64,000 bases of DNA from Candidatus Latescibacterota bacterium (lineage in GTDB: Bacteria > Latescibacterota > UBA2968 > UBA8231), in contig CBDCXV010000010.1 of assembly GCA_965223905.1 (NCBI GenBank), positions 64,001 through 128,000 of the forward strand, in the 5' to 3' direction. The notes under the pieces were generated by a model that searched no databases, was not told where the DNA came from, and saw only the letters and a program-made list of their open reading frames with translations. Position numbers and translations under genes: made by a program. Positions within the stretch are counted from its first letter, which is position 1. Each line of letters opens with the position of its first letter. Positions 38,592 through 49,485 of the stretch are shown one piece after another.

Positions 38592-39995
38592 TCAGATATT
38601 GAGCGCCTCTCCGAAGGCCTCGGCGGCCGCTTCCATCACTGCCTCGGAAAGGGTCGGGTGGGCGTGAACCGCGGTGGCGAACTCCTCCCAGGTCGCTTCG
38701 ATCTTCTTCCCGAGGGTCACCTCGGCGATCAGCTCGGTCGCCTCGGCGCCGATGATCGAAGCCCCCGCCAGCTCTCCGTACTCCTCGTCGAACACCAGCT
38801 TCACCATGCCCTCGGTCTCTCCGGCGGCCCGCGCCTTGCCGCTGGCGGCGAAAGGAAAGCGGCCGACCTTGACCTCGAGCCCCCGGGCCCTGGCCTCCGC
38901 CTCGGTCAGCCCGACGCTGGCGACCTGGGGCTGGCAGTAGGTGCAGCTCGGTACGCTCTCCGGGTCGACCTCGGGGCGTTGCCTTCCCGCGATGAACTCG
39001 ACCGCGGCGACCGCTTCTGCCGAGGCGGCGTGGGCGAGCTGCGGCGCGCCGACGACGTCGCCGATGGCGTAGATCCCCTTGACATTGGTCTCCATGCGGC
39101 CGTTGACGGCGATCTGGCCGCGACTGGTCCTGACGCCGTTCGCCTGAAGTCCCAGACCCTCGACGTTGCCCGTCACCCCGACCGCCATCAGCACCAGGTC
39201 GGCGTCGACTTCCCCCTCCTCGCCCGCATCCCGGAAGGAGACGCGCATCCCCTTCCCGCTCTCGGCCACACCGGTCACCGACACCCCGGTGCGCAGGTCG
39301 ATCCCCTCCGCGGACAGGCTTTTCGCCAGGATTCCGGCGACCTCCTCGTCCTCGCGCGGCAGCACCTGACCCTCCGCCTCCAGCAGGTGGACCTGGGAGC
39401 CGAAGGCGTTGAAGAACCAGGCGAACTCCGTGCCGATCGCCCCGGCCCCGATGATGGCGATACGGTCCGGACGCTTCTCGAGCACCATGGCCTCGCGGCT
39501 GGAGATCACCCTCTTCCCGTCGATCTCCACCCCGGGAATCGAGCGTGGACTGCCGCCGGTCGCCAGGATGACGCTGGCCGCCTCCAGGGTTTCGGTCCCG
39601 TCCGGGGATTCCACGGCCACCTTTTTTCCGGGGGTGAGCCTGCCGCGGCCGCGGAAAACGGCGACGCGGTTCTTCTTCATCAGGAATCTCACGCCCCTCG
39701 CCAGGCCCCCGGAGATCTCCCGGCTTCTCGCGATCAGCCGGTCCCAGTCGTAGCCGACCTCCCCTACCGTCAACCCGAACTCATCGGCGCGCTGGATCAG
39801 CCGGTAGAGCTCGGCCTGCTTCAGCAGCGCCTTGGTCGGAATGCAGCCCCAGTTGAGGCACACCCCCCCGAGTTCAGGCTCGGCCTCCACGAGGGCGGCC
39901 TTCAGCCCGAGCTGCGAGGCCCGTATCGCCGCGGTGTACCCGCCCGGTCCGCCGCCGATGACGGCGACGTCGAATCCCTTGTCCTTTTCAGCCAT
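38592..39995 (-). CDS. lpdA: Dihydrolipoyl dehydrogenase
   Basis: GGGPGGY, GGVCLNWGCIPTK and HAHPTLSE. Confidence 0.96.
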   Translation of the reverse strand: MAEKDKGFDVAVIGGGPGGYTAAIRASQLGLKAALVEAEPELGGVCLNWGCIPTKALLKQAELYRLIQRADEFGLTVGEVGYDWDRLIARSREISGGLARGVRFLMKKNRVAVFRGRGRLTPGKKVAVESPDGTETLEAASVILATGGSPRSIPGVEIDGKRVISSREAMVLEKRPDRIAIIGAGAIGTEFAWFFNAFGSQVHLLEAEGQVLPREDEEVAGILAKSLSAEGIDLRTGVSVTGVAESGKGMRVSFRDAGEEGEVDADLVLMAVGVTGNVEGLGLQANGVRTSRGQIAVNGRMETNVKGIYAIGDVVGAPQLAHAASAEAVAAVEFIAGRQRPEVDPESVPSCTYCQPQVASVGLTEAEARARGLEVKVGRFPFAASGKARAAGETEGMVKLVFDEEYGELAGASIIGAEATELIAEVTLGKKIEATWEEFATAVHAHPTLSEAVMEAAAEAFGEALNI

Positions 39996-40300
39996 TTTCG
40001 CCCGCTTCCAACGCTGTTTTCCGGTGTCGAGGAGTCGGACAATCTAAGGGCTGGGCAGTCTGCGTGCATTGCGATCTCCCGTGGGTGTCTTCCTGGAATA
40101 GCACCCCATGGCTCCCCGACATCCCCTGCTGACTGGCTGGCCGAATAGGCTTTAAAAAACCGTCCAACCGCAGGGTTGTCCGGGATCGTCCTAGAGGCCG
40201 GTCCGTTTCAGCCGGTGCTGTTTGGTTGGATATAGATTGCCCTGGGGGTGGACTGGGCAGACTGAACCAGCCCCAAATCCTGAGGGATGCGCCGGACATT

Positions 40301-41497
40301 TCAGCTGTTCGACCCCACTGCGCGGCGCAGTGGCCCCGCCAGGCTGCCGCGCTCCTCGACGATCACCCCTTCAAGCCCCAACCAGGCGGCCATCGATTCC
40401 AGTTGCACCGCAAGCTCGGAAGCGACCCCGCCGGCTTCGCAACCCGCTTCCAGGTACGCACCCCGCGCGATGAGGGCGCCGTGCGCACGGTCGGCCTTGA
40501 GGTCGACGCGACCCGCCATCTCCTCGCCGATCAGGAACGGAAAAACGTAGTAGCCGTAGCGCCTCTGCGGCGCCGGGACGTAGATCTCGATACGGTAGCG
40601 GAAGTCGAACAGGCGCTCGGTCCGGTCCCGGAACCAGATCAGCGAATCGAACGGGCTGAGCAGGGCGCTGGCACGCACCTGCCGGGGAGCCCGCGCATCG
40701 CGGTGCAGGTAGGCGGGCCGGCTCCAGCCTTCCACCCGCACCTCCACCAGCTCCCCCTCCTCCACCAGTTCCTGTACCCGGGGAAGCGCCTGTGACGTGG
40801 GAATTCGGTAGTAGTCGGCGAGGTCGGCCAGGGTGCCGACGCCGTGGGCGCGGCCGGCAAGACGCAGTAGCTCGCGCTGGGCGTCGTGCGGCGCAGGCGC
40901 GGGTGCGGCCAGCAGATGCTGCGGGATGACCCGCTCGACCAGGTCGTAGACCCGCACGAAGTTCCCGCGCCTCATGGCTGCCAGCCTGCCGGTCGCGAAC
41001 AGCCACTCCAGGGCGAGCTTGCCGTCGCTGCGCCCCCACCAGGGGCGGTTGCGATTGCGGCCCGGATCTTCGAGGTCCGATACCGCCAGCGGCCCCCGCC
41101 CGGCGACCTCCCGGTAGATCGCCTCCACGTAGTCGCCGCGCTCCTGCGCGAAGGCATGCATCGCCCGCGACCGGACGTCCTCCGTGCGGTGCCGCAGGAG
41201 CGGATAATGTTCGACCGGCAACAGCGACGCTTCATGGCCCCAGCCCTCGAACAGCCTCCCCTTGCCGTACGCGTACCCGTCGAAGCGGTCCCGCCGGTAC
41301 GGGCCAAGCCGGGAGAACCCCGGCATGTAGTGGGTGCGCACCGCGACGTTGACGGAGTCGAGCTGCACGATCTTGACCCGGTCGAACAGCCGGTCGAAGT
41401 GGCGGCTGTCGACGCGTCCGGCGGGGGGCCGGTCCGCGAACCCTTGCGCCGCCAGCGCGATACGCCGGGCTTCCCTGGTGGACAGCTCAGTCTTCAT
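40301..41497 (-). CDS. ycaQ: YcaQ/AlkZ-family winged-helix DNA crosslink-repair glycosylase
   Basis: VQLDSVNV, LLSPFDSLIWFRDR...FDFRYRIEIYVP...GYYV. Confidence 0.88.
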   Translation of the reverse strand: MKTELSTREARRIALAAQGFADRPPAGRVDSRHFDRLFDRVKIVQLDSVNVAVRTHYMPGFSRLGPYRRDRFDGYAYGKGRLFEGWGHEASLLPVEHYPLLRHRTEDVRSRAMHAFAQERGDYVEAIYREVAGRGPLAVSDLEDPGRNRNRPWWGRSDGKLALEWLFATGRLAAMRRGNFVRVYDLVERVIPQHLLAAPAPAPHDAQRELLRLAGRAHGVGTLADLADYYRIPTSQALPRVQELVEEGELVEVRVEGWSRPAYLHRDARAPRQVRASALLSPFDSLIWFRDRTERLFDFRYRIEIYVPAPQRRYGYYVFPFLIGEEMAGRVDLKADRAHGALIARGAYLEAGCEAGGVASELAVQLESMAAWLGLEGVIVEERGSLAGPLRRAVGSNS

Positions 41498-41543
41498 GGA
41501 GATGTCCGACCACAGCCAGAGGAGTTTTCGCCACCTTGTAATG

Positions 41544-41716
41544 GCATTTGAATGTCGATGGCCTGTTCTAAGCCCGTTTGCACGACAATAACCGTTTTGG
41601 AATGGCGACTCCCCGTGGCTAAGGAAATATTTGCATTTGAATGTCCACGGCTTATTCTAAGCCCGTTTGCACGACAATAACCGTTTCCGAATGGCAACCC
41701 CCGTGGCTAAGGAAAA
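41544..41716 (+). repeat. 89-bp-period tandem duplication covering the fic upstream region and first codons
   Basis: GCATTTGAATGTC...TTCTAAGCCCGTTTGCACGACAATAACCGTTT...CCCCGTGGCTAAGGAAA starts at 41544 and 41633. Confidence 0.85.
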
Positions 41717-43223
41717 ATGGAGCCCCATCGGCCAGGCTTGGCTCAGGAGCGAACTGGACTTGGCAGTCCCTCCGCCGGCGGTAGAGAGCTACGTCGGGGC
41801 AGGTGCGCGGCGAACCGAGGTGCACGGCCCGCGGACCGTGGAACTGTATCCTAGACAATACGCCACGGGCGGTTCGGTCGTGGCGCATCTCCGGTTCGCA
41901 CTGCGCCATGAGCCTGTCGACCTCGGAGTGCTGGTCGCCACCCTCGAGGCAATCGAGGCAGCCGATCTCGAGACCTGGGTAAGGGCGGAGCCCACGGGGG
42001 CCTTCAGCCGGCGCGCATGGTTCTTTTACGAGGCCTTCACCGGCCGGACCTTGGACCTGGACGATACCCGGGCCGGCAACTACGTCATGGCCCTTGATCC
42101 CGGCAGGCATATCACCGCCGAACGCCGCAATTCCCCGCGGCACCGCGTGGCCGACAACCTTCTCGGCGGTCCCGGTCTGTGCCCCACCATCAGACGCACA
42201 CCGAGACTGATGGAGCAGATTGCCATGCGGGTGGGCGTGGAGGCGCGCGCGCTCATCGAAAGCTATGACCCGGTCATTCTCGCCCGGGCCGTAAACTACC
42301 TCTACACCAAGGAGACACGCTCCTCGTTCGCCATCGAGGGCGAAAGCCCCAGCCCCCGGCGCACCGAGCGGTTCGTCGCCGCGCTCAAGGAGGCGCCCGA
42401 CTTCGACCCGGCCGACAAGGCCGCTCTGATTCGCCTGCAGGGCGAGATCGTCGACCCCCGTTACGCAGCGACCGCCTGGCGCGACTTTCAGAACTTCGTA
42501 GGCGCGACTGGAGGGGGCTATCGCGAGGAGGTGCATTTCATCTGCCCGCGCCCCGAAGACGTTTCGGGCCTCATGAACGCCTGGATGAGCATGACACGGC
42601 GCGTTGTCGAGGGAGGCGTCGATCCCGTCGTCGCAGCGGCAATCTCCGCCTTCACCTTCGTCTTCATCCACCCGTTCGAGGACGGGAACGGTCGCATCCA
42701 TCGCTTCCTGATACATCACGTCCTCGCAAAGCGGGGCTACAGCCCGCCCGGTGTCGTATTTCCCGTCTCCGCGGCCATTCTGCGCGACCGGCGCAGCTAC
42801 GATGAAGTGCTCGAAACCTTCTCGCGGGCGATTCTCGAATTCATCCAATGGCATTGGACGGAGGAGGGAGAGATTGCGGTCGGGAACAGGACGGCCGATC
42901 TCTACCGCTACTTCGACGCCACCCCGTTCGCCGAATATCTGTACGACCGCGTGGTCGACACGGTTCGCCGGGATCTCAAGGAGGAACTTGGATTCATTGC
43001 CGTCTTCGACCAGGCCTTTGAAGCGGTGCGCGAGATCGTCGACATGCCGGACCGCCGGGCTTCCCTGTTCGTGCGCCTCTGCATGCAGAACGGAGGGCGG
43101 CTTTCCGCGGCGAAACGGCAGCGCTTTCCCGAGCTGGACGACGCGGAAGTGGCCGCGATGGAGGCGGGGGTCCGGGAAGCGACGGGACCTGAGACCGGAC
43201 GCTCCGGAGACGAATCCCGTTGA
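41691..43223 (+). CDS. Fic-family protein
   Basis: HPFEDGNGRIHR Fic motif. Confidence 0.92.
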   Translation: MATPVAKEKWSPIGQAWLRSELDLAVPPPAVESYVGAGARRTEVHGPRTVELYPRQYATGGSVVAHLRFALRHEPVDLGVLVATLEAIEAADLETWVRAEPTGAFSRRAWFFYEAFTGRTLDLDDTRAGNYVMALDPGRHITAERRNSPRHRVADNLLGGPGLCPTIRRTPRLMEQIAMRVGVEARALIESYDPVILARAVNYLYTKETRSSFAIEGESPSPRRTERFVAALKEAPDFDPADKAALIRLQGEIVDPRYAATAWRDFQNFVGATGGGYREEVHFICPRPEDVSGLMNAWMSMTRRVVEGGVDPVVAAAISAFTFVFIHPFEDGNGRIHRFLIHHVLAKRGYSPPGVVFPVSAAILRDRRSYDEVLETFSRAILEFIQWHWTEEGEIAVGNRTADLYRYFDATPFAEYLYDRVVDTVRRDLKEELGFIAVFDQAFEAVREIVDMPDRRASLFVRLCMQNGGRLSAAKRQRFPELDDAEVAAMEAGVREATGPETGRSGDESR

Positions 43224-43350
43224 ATTCCGTATCCGTCCGGACATGACGGTCCCCTATCAGTCGTCAGCTGCTCCCCCCTCACGGAGGCGGAAGTGTTCCC
43301 CACCCAACCCCATTCCGGCGTCTGAAAGGTGCCGTCGATGAAAGCAATCC

Positions 43351-43800
43351 ATGTCGATAACGATCTACAGTGACGGCGCCTGCTCGGGAAACCCGGGTCC
43401 GGGCGGCTGGGCGGCGCGCCTGAAGTACGATGGCGGCCGCGTCCGCGAACTCGCCGGAGCCGAGCCGGACACCACCAACAACCGCATGGAGCTGCAGGCC
43501 GCCATCGAGGGGCTGAGGTTCGTTGGCCGCGGCGAGCCGGTCACCATGGTGACCGACAGCCAGTACCTGCTGAAGGGGATCACCCGGTGGATCCACGGCT
43601 GGAAGAGGAAGCAGTGGAAGACCGCGGCGCGGAAGCCGGTGCTGAATCAGGACCTGTGGAGGGCCCTGGACGAGCTCAACAGCAGCAGCGTGAAGTGGCA
43701 GTACACCCGCGGCCACGCCGGCGACCCGGACAACGAGCGCTGCGACGACCTCGCCCAGGCCTTTTCCCGCGGCGAGCAGCCGCCGCTGGAAGACGGCTGA
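43351..43800 (+). CDS. rnhA: Ribonuclease HI
   Basis: YSDGACSGNPGPGGW, TTNNRMEL, TDSQY and GHAGDPDNERCD. Confidence 0.97.
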   Translation: MSITIYSDGACSGNPGPGGWAARLKYDGGRVRELAGAEPDTTNNRMELQAAIEGLRFVGRGEPVTMVTDSQYLLKGITRWIHGWKRKQWKTAARKPVLNQDLWRALDELNSSSVKWQYTRGHAGDPDNERCDDLAQAFSRGEQPPLEDG

Positions 43801-43809
43801 CGGCCCGGG

Positions 43810-44577
43810 TCAGACCCACCGCCACAGCCAGTAGGCGGTGTAGCCGACGTACTCCTTGACCGCCCGCGTCGAGTAGCGCAGCCAGCGCGCATCCGGAACC
43901 AGGCGCAGCAGCGACCACTTCTTCGGCACCACCGCGATATCGGTCGGGGCCGGCACCACGGACAACCCCTGGCGGGTGAAGGCCGCGGCCGCCCGGCGCA
44001 TGTGCGACGCCGAGGTGACCAGGAGAATGCGGCCGGCCTCGATGCCGCGCAGGAGCTCGGCACAGGCGACGGCGTTCTCCCGCGTCGTTCGCGAAGAGGT
44101 GTCGAGCAGCACCGTCTCCCCGGGCACGCCGTACTCCAGCGCCAGCCGCTTCATCTGCTCCGCTTCGCTCATGGCGCTGCCGCCGATGCGGCCCCCGCTG
44201 AGCAGGATCACCGGGGCCTTGCCGGCCCGCAGCAGCCGCATGCCGTGCAGCAGGCGGTCGAATCCCTCCTCGACGTGAACGGAGACCCGCGGTGCCGCCG
44301 GAGAAGACGTGACTCCACCCAGCACCACGATGGCGTCGGCCTCGGGGTGCGCCTCCGGCTCCAGGGGCGCGAAGTCATCCTCCAGGGATCCGAGGAGCCT
44401 GCCTGCGACAATCGGGGTGCTGAAAAGAAGCAGCAGCAGGATCCCCGCCGCGGCGCAGGAACCGGCCCGCTTCGTGCGCCGGCTCACCAGGAACCAGAGC
44501 GCGGCGAGCCAGAGGGCCGTGGAGATGCCGAGAGGGCTTAGAAGGGGGGTGAACAGCTGCGACAGGAAGATGTACAT
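43810..44577 (-). CDS. YdcF/ElyC (DUF218) family protein
   Basis: AIVVLGG, LSGG, SRTTRENA, LVTSASHMRRA and KEYVG. Confidence 0.88.
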   Translation of the reverse strand: MYIFLSQLFTPLLSPLGISTALWLAALWFLVSRRTKRAGSCAAAGILLLLLFSTPIVAGRLLGSLEDDFAPLEPEAHPEADAIVVLGGVTSSPAAPRVSVHVEEGFDRLLHGMRLLRAGKAPVILLSGGRIGGSAMSEAEQMKRLALEYGVPGETVLLDTSSRTTRENAVACAELLRGIEAGRILLVTSASHMRRAAAAFTRQGLSVVPAPTDIAVVPKKWSLLRLVPDARWLRYSTRAVKEYVGYTAYWLWRWV

Positions 44578-44863
44578 CGGCCCCAATATAACCCGGTGAA
44601 AACCGCGTCGCGCAGGGGTTGCGGGCGGCATGCAGGCCGGGCCCAGTCCCGGGGACCGGTGCCGGCAGGAGGTTGCCGGGAAGCATCATCCTGCTGTCAT
44701 GCCTGGGCGAGCGAAGTCTGCGTGAGAACGAGGGCGAGGGAAACCAGGTCCTTCGCCGATGCGGCCGGCTCGCCGGGCGCCTGAACGAGTCGTGCGAAGT
44801 GAGTACGGCGCGCCGGTCAGGCCGGATAGTCAGGCACTTCGGGATCCCGGGTGGCCCCCGGGC

Positions 44864-45592
44864 CTACTCCCAGGTCTTTCCGCCGTCGGTCGATATGCGG
44901 CTGCGCGTCTTCCATTTGTCGACGTCGTCCTCCGCGTCGATATCGGCCCGTTTCGTCACCGCGACCTCGACGCCGACCTCGCCGCTGCCGTCGGGCCGGT
45001 TGGTTTCGATGCGCACGCTCTTGAACTCGAGGTCCGCATCCTCGAGCCCGCGGACGACCTCGCGCTGAACCCGCATCTGCCGGACTTCGAGCGCCTCCCG
45101 GCTGATGCCGGTCACCTTGAAGCGGACAACGAGCCGCCCGAGGTCGGGATCGAGGCTGATGCCGTAGAAGTCTCCGAACTCCGGATCGATGATCCTGGAG
45201 GCTTCGGCCGTATGGCGATGCAGTGTCGCGCGCGGCGGCCGCCGGACCGCGGGCTCGCGAGTGCTCTTCTTTTCCTTGCGGCCGGTTTCCCGAGGCCGGT
45301 CGACCGCCTCCTCACCCGGCTCGAACCCCCGCAGCGACGGCCCCCAAATCCACCCCTCGACGTTGATCCGCACCCATTTCCCCTCCTGCTCGAGCTCTTC
45401 GACCTCGACCCCCTTGACGAGCGTCCCGATCTGCTCGCCGTTGGGGCTCGAGCGGATGTTCTCCACCGGCTTTTCGACCTCGAGCCGTCGCGCCCCGAGC
45501 AGATCGTCCACCCCGATTGCGACGGTCGCCCCGGCAACCGGGACGACAAGGAGAGCGCGGTAGAGGCTGGCCGTCAGTCTTCTGCGTTTCAT
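44864..45592 (-). CDS. Hypothetical secreted protein with an SH3-like domain
   Basis: ENIRSSPNGEQIGTL...WVRINVEGWIW. Confidence 0.65.
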   Translation of the reverse strand: MKRRRLTASLYRALLVVPVAGATVAIGVDDLLGARRLEVEKPVENIRSSPNGEQIGTLVKGVEVEELEQEGKWVRINVEGWIWGPSLRGFEPGEEAVDRPRETGRKEKKSTREPAVRRPPRATLHRHTAEASRIIDPEFGDFYGISLDPDLGRLVVRFKVTGISREALEVRQMRVQREVVRGLEDADLEFKSVRIETNRPDGSGEVGVEVAVTKRADIDAEDDVDKWKTRSRISTDGGKTWE

Positions 45593-45782
45593 GTCTTGAA
45601 CTCCCTGTGCTGCCCTGAGTTGTCTGGTTGTGCGTTGCGGCACGGCCCCCACAAGGGACCGTTCCGGATTCAGGTATCGGGGCGATGCCCCCCTGTCAAG
45701 CTATGCGGATTATGCCGGCGTTCCCTGAAAAATAAGGTGAGGTGCGGCTCCGATGCGGCCCGTGCCTTCCGCCGCGGAACCC

Positions 45783-45932
45783 TCACTGGCCCTGGGTGAC
45801 CCGTTCGGCGAAATCGGTGGCGTAGTAGAAAAGGAAGGTCACCACCGCGGCGATGGCGACGGCAAGGCCGACCACCAGCCAGGCTTCGTACCTGGGGGGG
45901 CGCGGAGGCGGCCGGTTTTCAAGACCGAACAT
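45783..45932 (-). CDS. 49-aa single-transmembrane protein
   Basis: MFGLENRPPPRPPRYEAWLVVGLAVAIAAVVTFLFYYATDFAERVTQGQ. Confidence 0.5.
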   Translation of the reverse strand: MFGLENRPPPRPPRYEAWLVVGLAVAIAAVVTFLFYYATDFAERVTQGQ

Positions 45933-46147
45933 GGGTGCGGCTCTCTTCGGCGGTTGTCACCGCTCAGGTGAACGGTTGGCGGAAGTGCCATTCGAAAGGT
46001 CGCTTTCGGAAACAGGCCGGGCAATGCGCATGTCCGTGCAAGGAACCGGATTCTCGGCCCCGGGGTCGATTGACACTGCCGGAACCCGCCGTTACCGTCA
46101 CGCCGACCCGCCCCCCTGAACGGCGTCGAGCCGACCACCGCCCCCAC

Positions 46148-46840
46148 ATGCTGCCCTTCCACCGCTCTGCCGCCATCCTCCTTCCAGCGGTTGCCGCCTC
46201 CGTCCTCATTCCCTGGACCGCCGACGACTTCGACAGGAACGCCGCTCTCGACATCGAGCTGGTGCGCTCCGGGAAGGTCGAGTACCGGGGGATCGAGGCC
46301 AGCTTCGAGGAGCTGTCGCGGGCCTACGCGCTGACGGTCTTTTCCGAAGCGGAATTCCTCGGCTGGTCGGCGATCCCCAACCCCACCCATCCCGAGGCGC
46401 AGGCCCTGGTAACCTGCCGCTTCCGCGTCGCCGCAGTGGCCCCCCGTCCTCCCGCTGGCGGCGCGGACGCCGAGGAGGCGCGACAACGCTCGGTCCCCTC
46501 CCTCGAGGTCACCTGGTGTCTCAACACCCTCGCAGGCATCGGGATCGCCGCGCACGACGTTATCTCGCGCGACGCCGTCGCCACCTTCCGCGGCACTGTC
46601 GACGATTTCCTCGACCGCCTCGTTCTCGTCGCGGAGGGGAGCGCCTGCCGGCGCCGGGGGCCCGGACCGGACCACGCCGTCGTCGACACCCTGGAGGCCG
46701 GAACCGCGCTCGTGCGCGAGGAGGAAGCGGGGGAATGGACGCGGGTGCGGCCGGCCGGCTCCAGCGTGCACGGCGCCTCCCCGGAGGGGAGCGGCTGGCT
46801 GCGCAGCGACCGGCTGGTGCGGGTGTCGGAGATCGATTGA
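46148..46840 (+). CDS. Hypothetical protein with a C-terminal SH3b-like domain
   Basis: RRGPGPDHAVVDTLEAG...GEWTRV...GWL. Confidence 0.6.
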   Translation: MLPFHRSAAILLPAVAASVLIPWTADDFDRNAALDIELVRSGKVEYRGIEASFEELSRAYALTVFSEAEFLGWSAIPNPTHPEAQALVTCRFRVAAVAPRPPAGGADAEEARQRSVPSLEVTWCLNTLAGIGIAAHDVISRDAVATFRGTVDDFLDRLVLVAEGSACRRRGPGPDHAVVDTLEAGTALVREEEAGEWTRVRPAGSSVHGASPEGSGWLRSDRLVRVSEID

Positions 46841-46967
46841 GGACCCTGGAGCCCGCCGGAATCCCTCCTGACAGGCGCGTCGGCGGGCAAGAATGGGCTT
46901 GACGAACTGGAGCCGGGGCTTTAACTCTGTCGAGTGGCCTGTTGCGATCAGGCCCTGCTTTGCAAAA

Positions 46968-47165
46968 CAGCCATATCGGCGCAGGTGTCCGCTGCCGGCG
47001 GCAGCGGAAGAATAGGGAAGGCAGTGCGAATCTGCCGCGGTCCCGCCACTGTGACCGGTAGAACGGCCCTCGGGCCGTAGCGCCCCGGCGTCACCCACTG
47101 ATCCCCAGGATCGGGAAGGAGTCGGACGGCGTCCTACCGGAAGTCAGGAGACCTGCCTGCGACCG
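46968..47165 (+). promoter_or_regulatory. Cobalamin (AdoCbl) riboswitch
   Basis: AGGTG...AATAGGGAA-GGCAGTGCGAATCTGCC-GCGGTCCCGCCACTGTGA...CCACTG...GGGAAGG...AGTCAGGAGACCTGCC (B12 box). Confidence 0.93.
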
Positions 47166-47202
47166 AGGTGAACGGAACCCTTCGGCAGAAAGGTGGTCAC
47201 CG

Positions 47203-49485
47203 GTGCGCGGCACACGCGGCCAGACCCGCTCTCGAACGAGGGCGGGTTTTTTCATTCCCCCCCTCCTCCTGTTGGGCCTCCTTCCCGCCCTGCATCCCGG
47301 GGCTGCATCGGCCGGGGTCCTGCAGGGAAGACTGATCGACCAGGCCACCGGAGCTCCGCTGTCCGGGGCCGTGTTGACCCTGCGCGCCCCGTCCTCCGGG
47401 AAGGTCCATTCCGCGCGCAGCGACACCTCCGGCTCCTTCCGCCTCGAGAACCTCTCTCCGGGAACCTGGGACCTGCGCCTGGAGCGGCTGGGGTACCGGC
47501 CTCTGCGGCTCCCCCTCCGTATCGGCGCCGGCCCCACCTCGGTCGAGTGGCGCCTGGAGCCCCTCCCCCTGCTCGTGGACGAACTGATCGTCCGCGCCCG
47601 CCGCCATCCCGGGGAAGAGCATGTCGCCGCCTTTGTCGAGACCATCCCCCTCGACGGACCCCGCCCCCCGGGAGCGGACCTGGCACGGACCCTAGACCGC
47701 GCCGCCGGCGTCAACGTGCGCCGCTACGGCGGGCTCGGAAGCTTCAGCACCCTTTCCATCCGCGGCTCCACCGCCGAGCAGGTTCAGGTCTTCCTCGACG
47801 GGGTTCCCCTGAACCACGCCGTGGGCGGGGGGGTCGACCTGGGGGGACTGCCCGTTGGCGGCCTCGCCAGCGTCGAGATCTACCGCGGGGCGGTGCCGCA
47901 GCGCTTCGGCGGCAACAGCCTCGGCGGGGTGGTCCACCTGCGCACGCGACCGCTCGGGAGCAGCCACCGCACGCTCCTGCATACCGCCAGCGGCTCCTAC
48001 GGCACCCGCAAGCTGGGAGCCTCGATCCGCGGCCCCTGGAAGGATTGGGAGTACCTGGGGCTCGTCGATTTCCGTGCCAGCCGCAACGACTTCCGCTTCC
48101 TGGACGACAACGGCACCGAGTACAACGACGGGGACGACGGCTGGGCGCGGCGGCTCAACAGCGATTTCCGCGGCCTGCGCGGACTCGCCAAGATCGGGCG
48201 CCCCCTCGGCGCCGGCCGCCTGCAGGTCCACAACACCTTCGACCTGAGCCGCAAAGGCATCCCCGGGATCGGGAACAACCAGTCCCTGCACACCCGCTTC
48301 GGCACCTGGCGCCATATCGTCGAAGCCGCGCTCTTCGGCCCGCTGGCGCGCGGCCGCGCCGGGTACCGGCTGAAGGCCCACCACTCCTGGTCCGAGGAGG
48401 AGTACAGGGACCTGCGCGGCGAAGTCGGCCTCGGCCGCCAGCACGACCGCAACACCACCGGGGGCCTGGGCCTGAGGGGGGAAGTCAACGCCCTGCTTCC
48501 CGGCCAGTCCCTTTTAACCGCATTCGTCGCCGCCCGGCGCGAGACCTTTGTCCCCGACGACCTGCTGCGGCCGGACAGCCGGCTCCTGCGCAGCCGCCGC
48601 CGGGCCCTGGTTGCCGGCACCGAGGTGGAGATGCCGTTGGGGCAGCGCCTGACCCTCAATGCGGGCACCCAGGCCGAAGGGCTCGACGACCGCTTTTTCG
48701 ACCGCAAGAACTTCGCTCCCGGCGCCGTGTTGCCGAGCCGGAACAACCGCCAAATCCTCTGGGGCTACCGCATGGGGGCGACCCTGGACCTGGGAGCCGG
48801 CCTCGCCCTCAAGGCCCACGAGGGCCGCTATCGGCGCGCGCCCAACTTCTTCGAGCTCTTCGGCGACCGGGGCGCGGTCGTCGGCAATACCGGCCTCGTC
48901 AGCGAGCAGGGGCACAACCGGGATCTGGGCCTGGTTTTCCGGGGCCCTGCCCGAACCCCTGGGTTGGTCCTTGCCGAGGCCGTGTACTATCGCAATCGCG
49001 TCGAAGACCTCATCCGCTTCATGCAGAACTCACAGCGGGTGTCGCGGCCCCACAACCTGGGGCGGGCCCTGCTGCGCGGCGTGGAAACACGGATCGAGGC
49101 GCGGGTGTTGCCGGCGCTGAAGATCCGCGGCGGCTACGCGTACCAGCGCGCCGAGAACCGCACTCCGTTCTCGTTCGAACGGGGCAACGACCTGCCCAAT
49201 GCACCTCGCCATCGGCTCAATACCCGCGCCTCTCTCGATCTGGGACATGGGGAGCTGTACGGCGAATTCAGCCGCGAGAGCCGGCACTTCCTCGACCGGG
49301 CCAATCTGCGCGCCGTGCCGGTTCGCACCCTGTACAACCTCGGCGGCATCGTGCCGCTGGGCGGGGGCCTCGTCCTTTCCTGGGAGCTGCGCAACCTGAC
49401 CGGCAACCGGGTGGCGGATCTGTGGGGGTACCCGCTCCCGGGCCGCTCCTACGGGTTTTCGGCGCAGTATGCCGGCCGTCCGTGA
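47203..49485 (+). CDS. btuB: TonB-dependent receptor, probably for cobalamin
   Basis: CarboxypepD-like N-terminus, plug SIRGSTAEQVQVFLDGVP, C-terminal GYPLPGRSY; lies behind the B12 riboswitch. Confidence 0.8.
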   Translation: MRGTRGQTRSRTRAGFFIPPLLLLGLLPALHPGAASAGVLQGRLIDQATGAPLSGAVLTLRAPSSGKVHSARSDTSGSFRLENLSPGTWDLRLERLGYRPLRLPLRIGAGPTSVEWRLEPLPLLVDELIVRARRHPGEEHVAAFVETIPLDGPRPPGADLARTLDRAAGVNVRRYGGLGSFSTLSIRGSTAEQVQVFLDGVPLNHAVGGGVDLGGLPVGGLASVEIYRGAVPQRFGGNSLGGVVHLRTRPLGSSHRTLLHTASGSYGTRKLGASIRGPWKDWEYLGLVDFRASRNDFRFLDDNGTEYNDGDDGWARRLNSDFRGLRGLAKIGRPLGAGRLQVHNTFDLSRKGIPGIGNNQSLHTRFGTWRHIVEAALFGPLARGRAGYRLKAHHSWSEEEYRDLRGEVGLGRQHDRNTTGGLGLRGEVNALLPGQSLLTAFVAARRETFVPDDLLRPDSRLLRSRRRALVAGTEVEMPLGQRLTLNAGTQAEGLDDRFFDRKNFAPGAVLPSRNNRQILWGYRMGATLDLGAGLALKAHEGRYRRAPNFFELFGDRGAVVGNTGLVSEQGHNRDLGLVFRGPARTPGLVLAEAVYYRNRVEDLIRFMQNSQRVSRPHNLGRALLRGVETRIEARVLPALKIRGGYAYQRAENRTPFSFERGNDLPNAPRHRLNTRASLDLGHGELYGEFSRESRHFLDRANLRAVPVRTLYNLGGIVPLGGGLVLSWELRNLTGNRVADLWGYPLPGRSYGFSAQYAGRP

